Below, in pieces: positions 55,779 through 64,000 of a stretch of DNA of 64,000 bases. The stretch is taken from positions 3,580 through 67,579 of the forward strand of contig JAJYLD010000004.1 of assembly GCA_021788015.1 (NCBI GenBank), given 5' to 3'. The stretch is from a bacterium (GTDB lineage: Bacteria; Patescibacteriota; Patescibacteriia; Patescibacteriales; JAKAJF01). The first letter of the stretch is position 1, and each line of letters starts with the position of its first letter. A program made the translations under genes and the position numbers. The notes under the pieces are model-generated. The model searched no databases and was not told the origin of the DNA. It saw only the letters and a list, made by a program, of their open reading frames with translations.

Positions 55779-56258
55779 ATGGATTTTTCTATGATAAATT
55801 TGTCACAAATCAATTGGCTGGATTTTATCGGGCTCTATATTTATATCGCCGGTTTGATTTTTGCCATGGGCGCTTTGGTTATAATCGAAACGCACGGTTT
55901 TTTCGGACGCAAATCTCCGTATTGGAACGAGGCGACTATTCGGACGCATAAAATTACAAAGCCGTGGATTTGGATCGGCTTGTTTACGGCCTTGCTCGGA
56001 GCCTTAATTTTTTATCGCCATAATTACCGCTCGACGATTGTCATTATCCAAGGCGCGCTTTTAATTCCGTTGATTTTAAACGGATTCTTTCTGTCTTTTT
56101 GGGTAAGTCCGCGTTTGATTGAACGGGAAAAAGAAGGAAGAGCGAGAGAACTGTTGCCGAAAGAATGGCGGAAAAAAATTACAATCAGCTTTTTCGTGTC
56201 TATTATCGGTTGGTGGAGCGAATTATTTTTGCTGGTTTTGTACTTGTTTAAAAAATAA
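55779..56258 (+). CDS. membrane protein (4 TM, 159 aa)
   Basis: Four hydrophobic segments. No motif recognised. Confidence 0.55.
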   Translation: MDFSMINLSQINWLDFIGLYIYIAGLIFAMGALVIIETHGFFGRKSPYWNEATIRTHKITKPWIWIGLFTALLGALIFYRHNYRSTIVIIQGALLIPLILNGFFLSFWVSPRLIEREKEGRARELLPKEWRKKITISFFVSIIGWWSELFLLVLYLFKK

Positions 56259-56338
56259 AAAATAATTTTTGCATTTGCGTTTTTAATGTAAAAATTTTAT
56301 TCTAAAGATATAAATCGTACTGTAAAAAGGAGGCCCGA

Positions 56339-56548
56339 ATGGAAGTTCTCCGTGTCATGATTCTGCCATCCGGCCAGTGCGACAAGTGCGGGAATACAGT
56401 CTCTGTATTACTGTCGTGTCCGGATTGCAAAAAGAAATTCTGCGCCGGTTGTCTTATCTACAATCCGGCGGGCAAAGGCGATTATGTTATCTGTCCGGAT
56501 TGCGGAATGAAATTGTATTTTCCGGAAAAGGTAAACACCGCAGCTTAA
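56339..56548 (+). CDS. double zinc-ribbon small protein (69 aa)
   Basis: SD 'aaaggagg'. 'CDKCG...CPDCKKKFCAGC...CPDCG'. Terminator hairpin follows. Confidence 0.6.
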   Translation: MEVLRVMILPSGQCDKCGNTVSVLLSCPDCKKKFCAGCLIYNPAGKGDYVICPDCGMKLYFPEKVNTAA

Positions 56549-56654
56549 ATAAGCCGCGGTTTTTTATTTGCTTTTTCTTAAGGAAAATTGTATTCTTCAT
56601 GTATAAAAATCAGAATTATTAGCGTCGCAAGAAATAATAATAACGAAATAAATA

Positions 56655-58082
56655 ATGAACAAAACAAAACCCCCCGAACCATCTTTGCGCGAAGGGGGTA
56701 TTAAAAAACCCGAGCTCCTTGCCCCGGCGGGCAATTTGGAAAAAATGAAAACCGCGTTTGCGTTCGGTGCCGACGCGGTTTATGCGGGTATTCCCGATTT
56801 TTCGTTGCGTGTCCGCATCAATGATTTTACGGTCGAATCGCTTAAAGAGGCGGTCGCATACGCTCATAAACTCGGAAAAAATTTTTATGTGACAGCCAAT
56901 ATTTTTGCGCATAACCGCCATATCGAAAAACTGGGAAAGCATATTCGCGAATTAAAAAAGATTAAGCCGGACGGCATTTTCGTTTCCGATCCGGGAGCGA
57001 TTCGGGAAATAAGAAGGATTTGGCCGAAAGCGAATATTATTTTGAGCACGCAGGCGAATTGCACGAATTGGCAGGCGGTAAAATTTTGGAGCGAACAAGG
57101 AATAAAAAGAGTGATTTTGGATCGGGAGGTTTCTCTCGATGAAATTAGAGAGATAAAAAAGAAAGCGCCAAAGGTCGAGCTGGAATCGTTCGTGCACGGC
57201 GCTTTATGCATGGCCTATTCCGGAAGATGTTTCCTTTCCAAATATTTGACGGGCCGCTCGGCAAATCTTGGTGATTGCGCTCAACCGTGCAGATGGCCAT
57301 ACGCGCGGACAAATTCGGACTTGGACGCGGACTCATGCGGACAGGAAGGCGGAATTATGATTAAACCGGTAGGACGAAATGAAGTTTTGGAAATAGTTGA
57401 AGAGGAACACGGTTCTTATATTTTGAATTCAAACGATCTCTGTTTGATAAAAAAGATACCGGAACTGACCGAAGCCGGACTGAACGCGTTCAAAATCGAG
57501 GGCCGGGCGAAAAGCGTTTATTATTTGGCGACCGTGGTCGGCGCCTATCGAAAGGCGATTGACGTTTCGCATAACGTGAAACGCATAACGCATAACGCAA
57601 GAAAAGAATTAAATTTTTTATATAAAGAGCTTGAAGAAAAGTTGAATCACCGCGGCTATACGGAAGGGTTTATGTTTGAGACGGGAAAGTTGGCGCAAAA
57701 CCTGAAAAATTCGCATAACGGTTCGAATTGGGAATTTTGCGGACAAGCGATAAAAGTTCAAAATTCAAAAACAAAAAATCAAAATTATCACCGCCTTGGC
57801 GGGATCCCGCCTGCAATGATAAAAATAAAGTGGTGGGACAATTCAAAATTCAAAAACAAAAAATTTATCAGTTTTATAAAAATACACAACAGTTTGCATA
57901 TTGGAGACAGTATTGAGATAATTATGCCGGGATATGATATAATAAAGATGAAAGTTAAAAAAATGGTCGATGCGATGACCGGCGAAACTTTGACCGAGGC
58001 GCACGGCGGCCAGAATAGCATAATTAAATTAGAAACAAAAGCCAAAATTCCCGAATTTAGCGTTTTGAGAAGAAAATTATGA
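56655..58082 (+). CDS. peptidase U32 family protein
   Basis: 'PELLAPAGNLEKMKTAFAFGADAVY', 'ESFVHGALCMAYSGRCFLS', 'KIEGRAKSVYYLATVVGAYR'. Confidence 0.85.
   Translation: MNKTKPPEPSLREGGIKKPELLAPAGNLEKMKTAFAFGADAVYAGIPDFSLRVRINDFTVESLKEAVAYAHKLGKNFYVTANIFAHNRHIEKLGKHIRELKKIKPDGIFVSDPGAIREIRRIWPKANIILSTQANCTNWQAVKFWSEQGIKRVILDREVSLDEIREIKKKAPKVELESFVHGALCMAYSGRCFLSKYLTGRSANLGDCAQPCRWPYARTNSDLDADSCGQEGGIMIKPVGRNEVLEIVEEEHGSYILNSNDLCLIKKIPELTEAGLNAFKIEGRAKSVYYLATVVGAYRKAIDVSHNVKRITHNARKELNFLYKELEEKLNHRGYTEGFMFETGKLAQNLKNSHNGSNWEFCGQAIKVQNSKTKNQNYHRLGGIPPAMIKIKWWDNSKFKNKKFISFIKIHNSLHIGDSIEIIMPGYDIIKMKVKKMVDAMTGETLTEAHGGQNSIIKLETKAKIPEFSVLRRKL
57753..57857. repeat. ~100-bp interspersed repeat inside the U32 peptidase gene (copy 2)
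   Basis: Homologous to 45297-45401 but translated in a different frame ('NYHRLGGIPPAMIKIKWW' versus 'LSPPWRDPAFNNKNKVAG'). Confidence 0.85.
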
Positions 58083-58696
58083 AGCCGCATCTTGAAGAAA
58101 GAGGCCTGCTTAAAAAAGTAAAAAAGAAAAAAATAAAAATTTCACCTCTTCTTAAACAGGCCTTGCGACAGGCAAAGAGTTCTCATAAAAATCAAAAGCG
58201 GGACGACGGTTCTTCTTATCTTTTAGAATATATTTATCCTGTCGCTTGCGATATTTTAAATTGCGGAAAAAATTGCAACGAGAAAATGTTGGCCACGGCT
58301 TTGCTGCACGATGTCTTGGAAGATGATCCGAAAATGGATGCGAAAAAATTTAAAAATTTGTTCGGAATTAAAATTTACAATTGCGTAAAAATTTTAACAA
58401 AAAATAAAAAAGACAATTCTCCCGGTTCAAGTGAAAAAAGAAAAAGGGAAATCAATCGTAATTTAATCAAAAAATTGGAAAAGAAAAATAGATGTACGAA
58501 ATTGGTAAAGCTGGCCGATCGCACCAATAATCTCGCCTCTTTTTCTTTGCCCGCCGTAAATAAAAAGAAATTGGAAAGATATCTCAAAGAAACAAAAGAA
58601 TTTATCATACCTTTCGCCAAAAGAGAAAATGAGTATTCTTATAAAAAATTAACGGAAACTTATGATCGCCTATCTCGAGGGGAAGATTTTAAATAA
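58079..58696 (+). CDS. HD-domain (p)ppGpp-hydrolase-like protein
   Basis: 'ATALLHDVLEDD' and 'KLADRTNNL', as in the RelA/SpoT hydrolase domain. Confidence 0.6.
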   Translation: MKPHLEERGLLKKVKKKKIKISPLLKQALRQAKSSHKNQKRDDGSSYLLEYIYPVACDILNCGKNCNEKMLATALLHDVLEDDPKMDAKKFKNLFGIKIYNCVKILTKNKKDNSPGSSEKRKREINRNLIKKLEKKNRCTKLVKLADRTNNLASFSLPAVNKKKLERYLKETKEFIIPFAKRENEYSYKKLTETYDRLSRGEDFK

Positions 58697-59237
58697 AGGG
58701 AACGGATTTATTATTTTGCGAGCCGGCAATATCGGTTATAAGATTTTTGTTAATGCGAATTTGTACTCGAATTTGGCCGCTGGTCAGGAAACGGAAATTT
58801 ATACCCATCAATACGTCCGCGAAGACGCGTTGGATTTATACGGCTTCAGAAACATGGAGGAGCTGGAAATGTTTGAATTGCTTTTGTCCATTTCCGGAAT
58901 CGGGCCGAAAACCGCGTTGGGGGTTTTGGCGACCGGCAGTGTTGCCGATGTTCGCGAATCGATCGCTCGCGGCGATTCGTCTCTTCTTACAAAAGTTTCC
59001 GGAATCGGAAAAAAGACGGCGGAACGAGTCGTACTTGAATTAAGAGAAAAGGTGGGCAAGTCGGAAATAGGATCCGGGGGCAAGGAAACGGGAAGCGCGA
59101 GCGGAGACGAGATTGACGCCTTGATGGCTTTGGGCTATTCGCTTTCGGACGCGCGGGAAGCGTTGCGCCGGGTGGACGCGAATGTAAAGGATAGCGGGGC
59201 AAGAATTAAAGAAGCATTAAGGAGATTGGGAAAATAA
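58662..59237 (+). CDS. ruvA: Holliday junction branch-migration complex subunit RuvA
   Basis: 'MIAYLEGKI', 'LYGF', HhH 'ISGIGPKTAL' and 'VSGIGKKTAERVVLEL', C-terminal 'LGYS..EA'. Confidence 0.9.
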   Translation: MIAYLEGKILNKGNGFIILRAGNIGYKIFVNANLYSNLAAGQETEIYTHQYVREDALDLYGFRNMEELEMFELLLSISGIGPKTALGVLATGSVADVRESIARGDSSLLTKVSGIGKKTAERVVLELREKVGKSEIGSGGKETGSASGDEIDALMALGYSLSDAREALRRVDANVKDSGARIKEALRRLGK

Positions 59238-59303
59238 TTTAGTATTTTCTGTTAACGTGTTAATGCGTTTTTTCAACTCGTTAATAAATAAGCCTTTAGA
59301 ATA

Positions 59304-60290
59304 ATGAAAATAATCGAAATAACAAATAAAGAACAGTTGGATGGTTTCGTCGGTTCCCAGCCGCACAGTCAGTTTTTGCAGTCCTGGGAATGGGGAGAAT
59401 TTCAAAAAAAAGTGAGTGGAAAAGTTTGGCGCCTGGGCGTGGAAGACGGCGACGGGCTTGCGGCAACCGCAAAAATAATCAAAAAATCTTTGCCCATGGG
59501 TAAAAATTACTTTTACTGCGGTCGCGGTCCGGTTTTGGATGAATTAAGAATTAAGGATTACGAATTGAGAATTGAAATTTTGAAAATATTGTTTCAAGAA
59601 ATAGAAAAAATTGCAAAAGAAGAAAAGGTAATGTTTTTGCGCTTCGATCCTTTATTCAAAATTGAAAACTTAAATTTTAAAATCAATCAAACCATCGACG
59701 TTCAGCCCGGTCAAACTTTGGTTTTGGATTTGACCAAAAACGAAAAGGATCTTTTAAAAGAAATGCATACGAAAACAAGATATAATATTCGTTTGGCTGA
59801 AAAGAAAGGCGTGAAAATTATCGAAGGAAATTCTTTGCGCTTTGAAGAGTTTTGGAGCCTACTCGATCAGACGAGCGGCAGAGACAAATTTAGTCCGCAC
59901 GGAAGAAATTATTACAAATCCATGCTCGAGCTGTCTTCGGATTTTATCAAATTGTTCTTTGCCGAATACGAAGGCAAGGCGATTGCCGCCGGCATTTTTT
60001 CTTTTTTTGGCGACTCGGTTACCTATCTTCACGGCGGATCCGCCAATGAACTTCGAAATGTAATGGCGCCGTTTTTACTGCAATGGCATCTTATCAAACT
60101 GGCGAAAGAGAGCGGATTCAAATATTACGATTTTCACGGGGTCAGCGAAGAAAAGTGGCCGGGAGTAACGAGATTTAAAAAAGGTTTTGGCGGCGAAGAG
60201 ATAAATTATCCCGGCACTTTTGATTTGACTTATGACGAAGGTTGGTACGGGATTTATAAGATGGTCAGGAAGGTACGCAGGACATTCTAA
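59304..60290 (+). CDS. FemAB-family peptidoglycan bridge-formation aminoacyltransferase
   Basis: 'FLQSWEWGEF', 'TRYNIRLAEKKGV', 'YLHGGSA', 'YDFHGV...GVTRFKKGFGG'. Confidence 0.8.
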   Translation: MKIIEITNKEQLDGFVGSQPHSQFLQSWEWGEFQKKVSGKVWRLGVEDGDGLAATAKIIKKSLPMGKNYFYCGRGPVLDELRIKDYELRIEILKILFQEIEKIAKEEKVMFLRFDPLFKIENLNFKINQTIDVQPGQTLVLDLTKNEKDLLKEMHTKTRYNIRLAEKKGVKIIEGNSLRFEEFWSLLDQTSGRDKFSPHGRNYYKSMLELSSDFIKLFFAEYEGKAIAAGIFSFFGDSVTYLHGGSANELRNVMAPFLLQWHLIKLAKESGFKYYDFHGVSEEKWPGVTRFKKGFGGEEINYPGTFDLTYDEGWYGIYKMVRKVRRTF

Positions 60291-60308
60291 TTTTAAACTT
60301 AAAATTAC

Positions 60309-61724
60309 ATGGATAAGTTTCTGTTAAAAATCAAAAAATTAATTCCTTCTAAAATATTTAAAATCCTTCAGCCCACTTACCATTATTTATTGAGCGCTTT
60401 TTCCGCTTTTTGGTATGGCAGGCCTTCGGAGAAATTGATCGTTATCGGCATAACCGGCACGACCGGAAAGACAACATCCGTTTATATGATGGCAAAGACC
60501 CTGGAAGCGGCCGGATATAAAGTCGGTTATACCTCGACCGCCATGTTTGGCGACGGCGAAAGGGAATGGCTGAACGACAAAAAAATGACCATGGTCGGGC
60601 GATTTTTCACGCAAAGAATGCTTAGAGACATGGTCAAAAACAAATGCCAATACGCCGTAATCGAAACCACTTCCGAAGGGGTGAGGCAATTTCGTCATAA
60701 ATTCATCAATTATGACATTTTGATTTTTACCGGTCTTTATCCCGAGCATATCGAATCGCACGGCGGATTTGAAAATTACAAAATCGCCAAAGGCAAATTG
60801 TTCGAGCATCTCAAGTCATGTAAAACAAAATACGCCGATGAAAAAAAATTTGTTTACGCGGGGGCGAGCGAGTTAAAGAAAACCGATTTAAATAAGGTTA
60901 AAAAAACAACCATTGTTAATTTGGACGATGAGTACGCTTTTTATTTCACCGAATTTTGGGCGGAGGAAAAGTGGGGGTACGCTGAACAAAACTCAAAACG
61001 CAAAACTCAAAACGCAAAACTCAATTTGATTACGTATGGCGAGATCAAGGTGAGCCAATCGGGAACAAGTTTTAAAGTGGAAAAGGCAAGAATCAACCTC
61101 CAGCTTCTCGGCGCTTTTAACGCGACCAACGCCATGAACGCGGTTTGTGTCGGCCTTTCCCAAAACATAAATTTGGATTCGATTAAGAACGGACTGGAGA
61201 AAATAAAAGGCATCCCGGGCAGGCTTGAAAAAATTGATTCGGGCCAGCCCTTTACTGTGATTGTCGATTACGCTTTCGAGCCGAACGCCGTCAAAAAATT
61301 ATATGACGCGGTTAAAATAATCCCGCATAATAAAATCATCCATGTTTTGGGAGCGACCGGCGGAGGCAGAGACGCTTCGCGCAGACCGGCTTTGGGGAGA
61401 TTGGCCGGAGAAAACGCGGAAATAGTGATTGTCACAAACGAAGATCCTTACGACGACGACCCCAAATTGATAATCGATCAGGTCGCGTTTGGCGCGGAAT
61501 ACAAAGGCAAAGAAGAAGAAAAGGATTTATTCAAGATATTGGATCGCGGGCAGGCCATTAAAAAGGCTTTAGCTTTAGCCGACGAAAACGATGTTGTATT
61601 GATTACCGGCAAGGGTAGCGAGCAGGCGATTTGCGCGGCTCGAGGCGAAAAAATACCCTGGGACGATCGAAGGGTTACCGAAAGATTTTTAAAGGAATCA
61701 TTCGCAACGGAGATGTCAGGATAA
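60309..61724 (+). CDS. Mur ligase family protein (MurE-like UDP-MurNAc-tripeptide synthetase)
   Basis: 'GITGTTGKTT' P-loop, 'ETTSEG', 'FTGLYPEHIESHG', 'DYAFEP', 'ITGKGSE'. Confidence 0.75.
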   Translation: MDKFLLKIKKLIPSKIFKILQPTYHYLLSAFSAFWYGRPSEKLIVIGITGTTGKTTSVYMMAKTLEAAGYKVGYTSTAMFGDGEREWLNDKKMTMVGRFFTQRMLRDMVKNKCQYAVIETTSEGVRQFRHKFINYDILIFTGLYPEHIESHGGFENYKIAKGKLFEHLKSCKTKYADEKKFVYAGASELKKTDLNKVKKTTIVNLDDEYAFYFTEFWAEEKWGYAEQNSKRKTQNAKLNLITYGEIKVSQSGTSFKVEKARINLQLLGAFNATNAMNAVCVGLSQNINLDSIKNGLEKIKGIPGRLEKIDSGQPFTVIVDYAFEPNAVKKLYDAVKIIPHNKIIHVLGATGGGRDASRRPALGRLAGENAEIVIVTNEDPYDDDPKLIIDQVAFGAEYKGKEEEKDLFKILDRGQAIKKALALADENDVVLITGKGSEQAICAARGEKIPWDDRRVTERFLKESFATEMSG

Positions 61725-61854
61725 AAAATATAAAAAAAGATTGTGGATAAGTTTTCCCTCTTTTTTTATTTTGTCCGTATTTTTTTAAATTTAAAGCTAA
61801 AATTAAATAAAATTTTTTTCATTTTTCATTTTTAAGAAAAATCAAAAAATTCTC

Positions 61855-61883
61855 TTGACAAAGAGGAAGGAAATTGCTAGGAT
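61855..61883 (+). promoter_or_regulatory. sigma70-like promoter (TTGACA-17-TAGGAT) ~450 nt upstream of rpoB
   Basis: 'ttgaca' 61855-61860, 17-nt spacer, 'taggat' 61878-61883. Confidence 0.4.
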
Positions 61884-62332
61884 AAAAAACAGCATTCAAA
61901 CTAAAGCTTCAGGAATATATTTCAAAAATTCGGAAAACGGAAATAAACGGAAAATTCGCGCACAAGCTGCGAAAAATAGCCGTTTTTTTGTTTTTAAAGC
62001 CACAAATACCCCCAAAACCAAATTTATATAAACCCGTGCTTTTTAAATATTTTTCTAAAATAGAGGTGGCCAGGACTTCGTCTAATTAAATTGAATATCA
62101 TTTTTATCGTGTTCTTAATAAAAGAGAGCATTTTTTTAGTCTGAAAAAACAAAATTTAACGATTTCCCAAGACAGAGAGAAATTTCGGGGACGCGAATGT
62201 AAAATAAAAAATCGAAAATATCTAAATTATAATTTCCAATTTCTAATAAAACGCCCAATGTCAAAAATCAAATCAGAAGTCGGCTTATTAGAAATTATGA
62301 TTTAAAAATTAGAAATTTATTTTCAAATATTT

Positions 62333-64000
62333 ATGCCCACTCAAATTCAAGAACGAAAAAGCTTTAACGCAATCAAAGAAGCCATGCCCTTGCCGGATTT
62401 AATTGAAATCCAAAAAAATTCATATAATTGGTTTTTGAAGGAAGGGTTGGCCGATTTGTTCGATGAGATTTCTCCGATTACCGATTTCATCGGACGCGAT
62501 TTGGAATTGTATTTTGAAGAATACTATCTTGACGAACCCAAATTTACGGAAGCTGAAAGCAAGGCGAAAAATATCACTTATGAGGCGCCTCTCCGCGTTA
62601 ATGTCCGCTTGGTAAACAAGAGAACGGGACAAACCTCCACACAGGAAGTTTTCTTGGGCGATTTTCCGATCATGACCAAAAACGGAACCTTTATCGTTAA
62701 CGGTATCGAAAGAGTCGTTGTTTCCCAGTTGATCAGAAGCGCCGGCGTCATCTTCACTTCCGAATTTATCAAAGGTAAGAAATATTACGGGGCGAAAATT
62801 ATTCCGAATCGCGGCGCCTGGCTTGAAATTGAAACCGACGCCAATAAAGTCATTTGGGTGAGAATCGACCGCAAAAGAAAGGTCGCGGTAACTTCGCTTT
62901 TGCGCGCTTTCGGTTACTCGACCGACGAAGAAATTAAAGAGTTGTTCAAGGGTTCTGATGAAGAATATGTTGACGCCACCATCGCCAAGGACGTGGCGAA
63001 AAACGAAGCGGAGGGCTTGAAAGAAGTTTACAAAAGAATTCGTCCGGGCGATTTGGCGACGACAGATAACGCCCGTCAGCTTATCCATTCTATGTTCTTT
63101 CGTTTCGATCGTTACGACTTCGACCGCGTCGGCCGTTACAAATTAAACAAGAGATTCAATTTTGACATTCCCGTCAATAAAGAAACGAGAATTTTCAGGC
63201 GCGAAGATTTGGTTTCCATTTTAAAAGAAGTCATCCGTTTGAATATCACTCAAGAACAGGAGGACGATATCGACCATCTCGGTAACCGCAGAGTAAGGGC
63301 CATCGGCGAACTTATTCAAAATAAATTCAGAGTCGGCTTGGCCCGCATGGAAAGAATCATCAAAGACAGAATGAGCACGGCCGATTTAACAACCCTGACC
63401 CCGAACAAATTGATTAACGCCCGTCCGGTCATAGGCGTAGTGAAAGAATTTTTTATGTCTTCACAACTTTCGCAATTCATGGACCAGACCAATCCTTTGG
63501 CCGAACTCGAACATAAGCGCCGTTTGTCAGCCATGGGCCCGGGCGGCTTGACTCGGGAAAGAGCCGGATTCGATGTTCGCGACGTGCATACGACCCATTA
63601 CGGCCGCATTTGTCCGATCGCCACTCCGGAAGGACCGAATATCGGCTTGGTCGGCCATATGGCCAGCTACGCCAAATTAAACGATTACGGTTTTTTGGAA
63701 GCGCCTTACCTACGCGTGCTTCACGATGTCGTTAATGATCCTAAAATTACAGTCGGCAGAATCGCCCGCGAAGACCTGCATGAAATAAAGGAAAGCGGCA
63801 AAGAAGGAAAATTGATCGTTAAAGCCGGAGAAAAAATTTCCGACGCTAAAGCGAAAGAGTTAAAAGAAAAATTGGGTCACATAACCATTCCGATCAAACC
63901 GGTCGTTACGGACGAGATCGTTTATCTCGACGCTTTTGAAGAAGAAAGATACATCACCGCCTCCGCCACCACTCCGATTGACGAAAACGGATATTTTCTC
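62333..64000 (+). CDS. rpoB: DNA-directed RNA polymerase subunit beta (5' partial, runs off the window)
   Basis: Hand translation gives 'MPTQIQERKSFNAIKEAMPLPDLIEIQKNSYNWFL...FPIMTKNGTFIVNGIERVVVSQL...'. No stop before 64000, which is why it is absent from the ORF track. Confidence 0.95.
   Translation, partial: MPTQIQERKSFNAIKEAMPLPDLIEIQKNSYNWFLKEGLADLFDEISPITDFIGRDLELYFEEYYLDEPKFTEAESKAKNITYEAPLRVNVRLVNKRTGQTSTQEVFLGDFPIMTKNGTFIVNGIERVVVSQLIRSAGVIFTSEFIKGKKYYGAKIIPNRGAWLEIETDANKVIWVRIDRKRKVAVTSLLRAFGYSTDEEIKELFKGSDEEYVDATIAKDVAKNEAEGLKEVYKRIRPGDLATTDNARQLIHSMFFRFDRYDFDRVGRYKLNKRFNFDIPVNKETRIFRREDLVSILKEVIRLNITQEQEDDIDHLGNRRVRAIGELIQNKFRVGLARMERIIKDRMSTADLTTLTPNKLINARPVIGVVKEFFMSSQLSQFMDQTNPLAELEHKRRLSAMGPGGLTRERAGFDVRDVHTTHYGRICPIATPEGPNIGLVGHMASYAKLNDYGFLEAPYLRVLHDVVNDPKITVGRIAREDLHEIKESGKEGKLIVKAGEKISDAKAKELKEKLGHITIPIKPVVTDEIVYLDAFEEERYITASATTPIDENGYFL

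Noticed and set aside
62420-63088. 222-aa ORF on the - strand
   Set aside because: It is antisense to rpoB, whose + strand translation is unmistakable. This is a shadow ORF.

Overview
AT-rich, gene-dense 64-kb bacterial chromosomal segment that reads cleanly with the standard code. It opens inside an rRNA operon (23S with several inserted helices, then 5S). The rest is mostly housekeeping: glmS with a UDP-GlcNAc-type cluster, EndoQ-like nuclease, VanW, Hsp20, DHH phosphoesterase, GH1 glycosidase, O-antigen-ligase-like protein, pseudouridine synthase, two geranylgeranyl-reductase-family paralogs, MscS, Nudix, DnaQ-like exonuclease, LysM-M23 peptidase, a 1250-aa secreted beta-helix/Fn3/PG-binding protein, polA, murD, holA, rpsT, lgt, ppsA, a B12-binding radical SAM enzyme, U32 peptidase, ruvA, a femAB-family gene, a murE-like ligase and the first 556 codons of rpoB. 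There are five canonical tRNAs (Ile-UAU, Val-GAC, Ser-CGA, Ala-UGC, Leu-UAG). The small-protein style, rRNA insertions and repeat insertions inside genes fit a Candidate Phyla Radiation (Patescibacteria-like) genome, but that is inference only. Most notable observations: (1) a ~3.6-kb element integrated at the 3' end of tRNA-Ala. It encodes a large serine recombinase and a 3-gene cargo (XRE regulator plus two unknown membrane-anchored proteins). Its junctions read as attL, an internal inverted attP-like site and attR, so the circular form would carry two 285-bp inverted repeats separating two arcs, like the yeast 2-micron plasmid. (2) A ~100-bp repeat sits inside both murD and the U32 peptidase gene in different reading frames, alongside other palindromic and heptamer repeat insertions inside CDSs and the 23S rRNA. 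(3) A conserved hairpin leader ('cccgttagaa...ttctaacggg') abuts the start codons of two consecutive genes. (4) Several aberrant, split or partial tRNA-like sequences lie next to intact tRNAs, including a tRNA-like gene whose halves enclose tRNA-Val. (5) Several structured intergenic RNA candidates. No CRISPR array or cas genes were seen.
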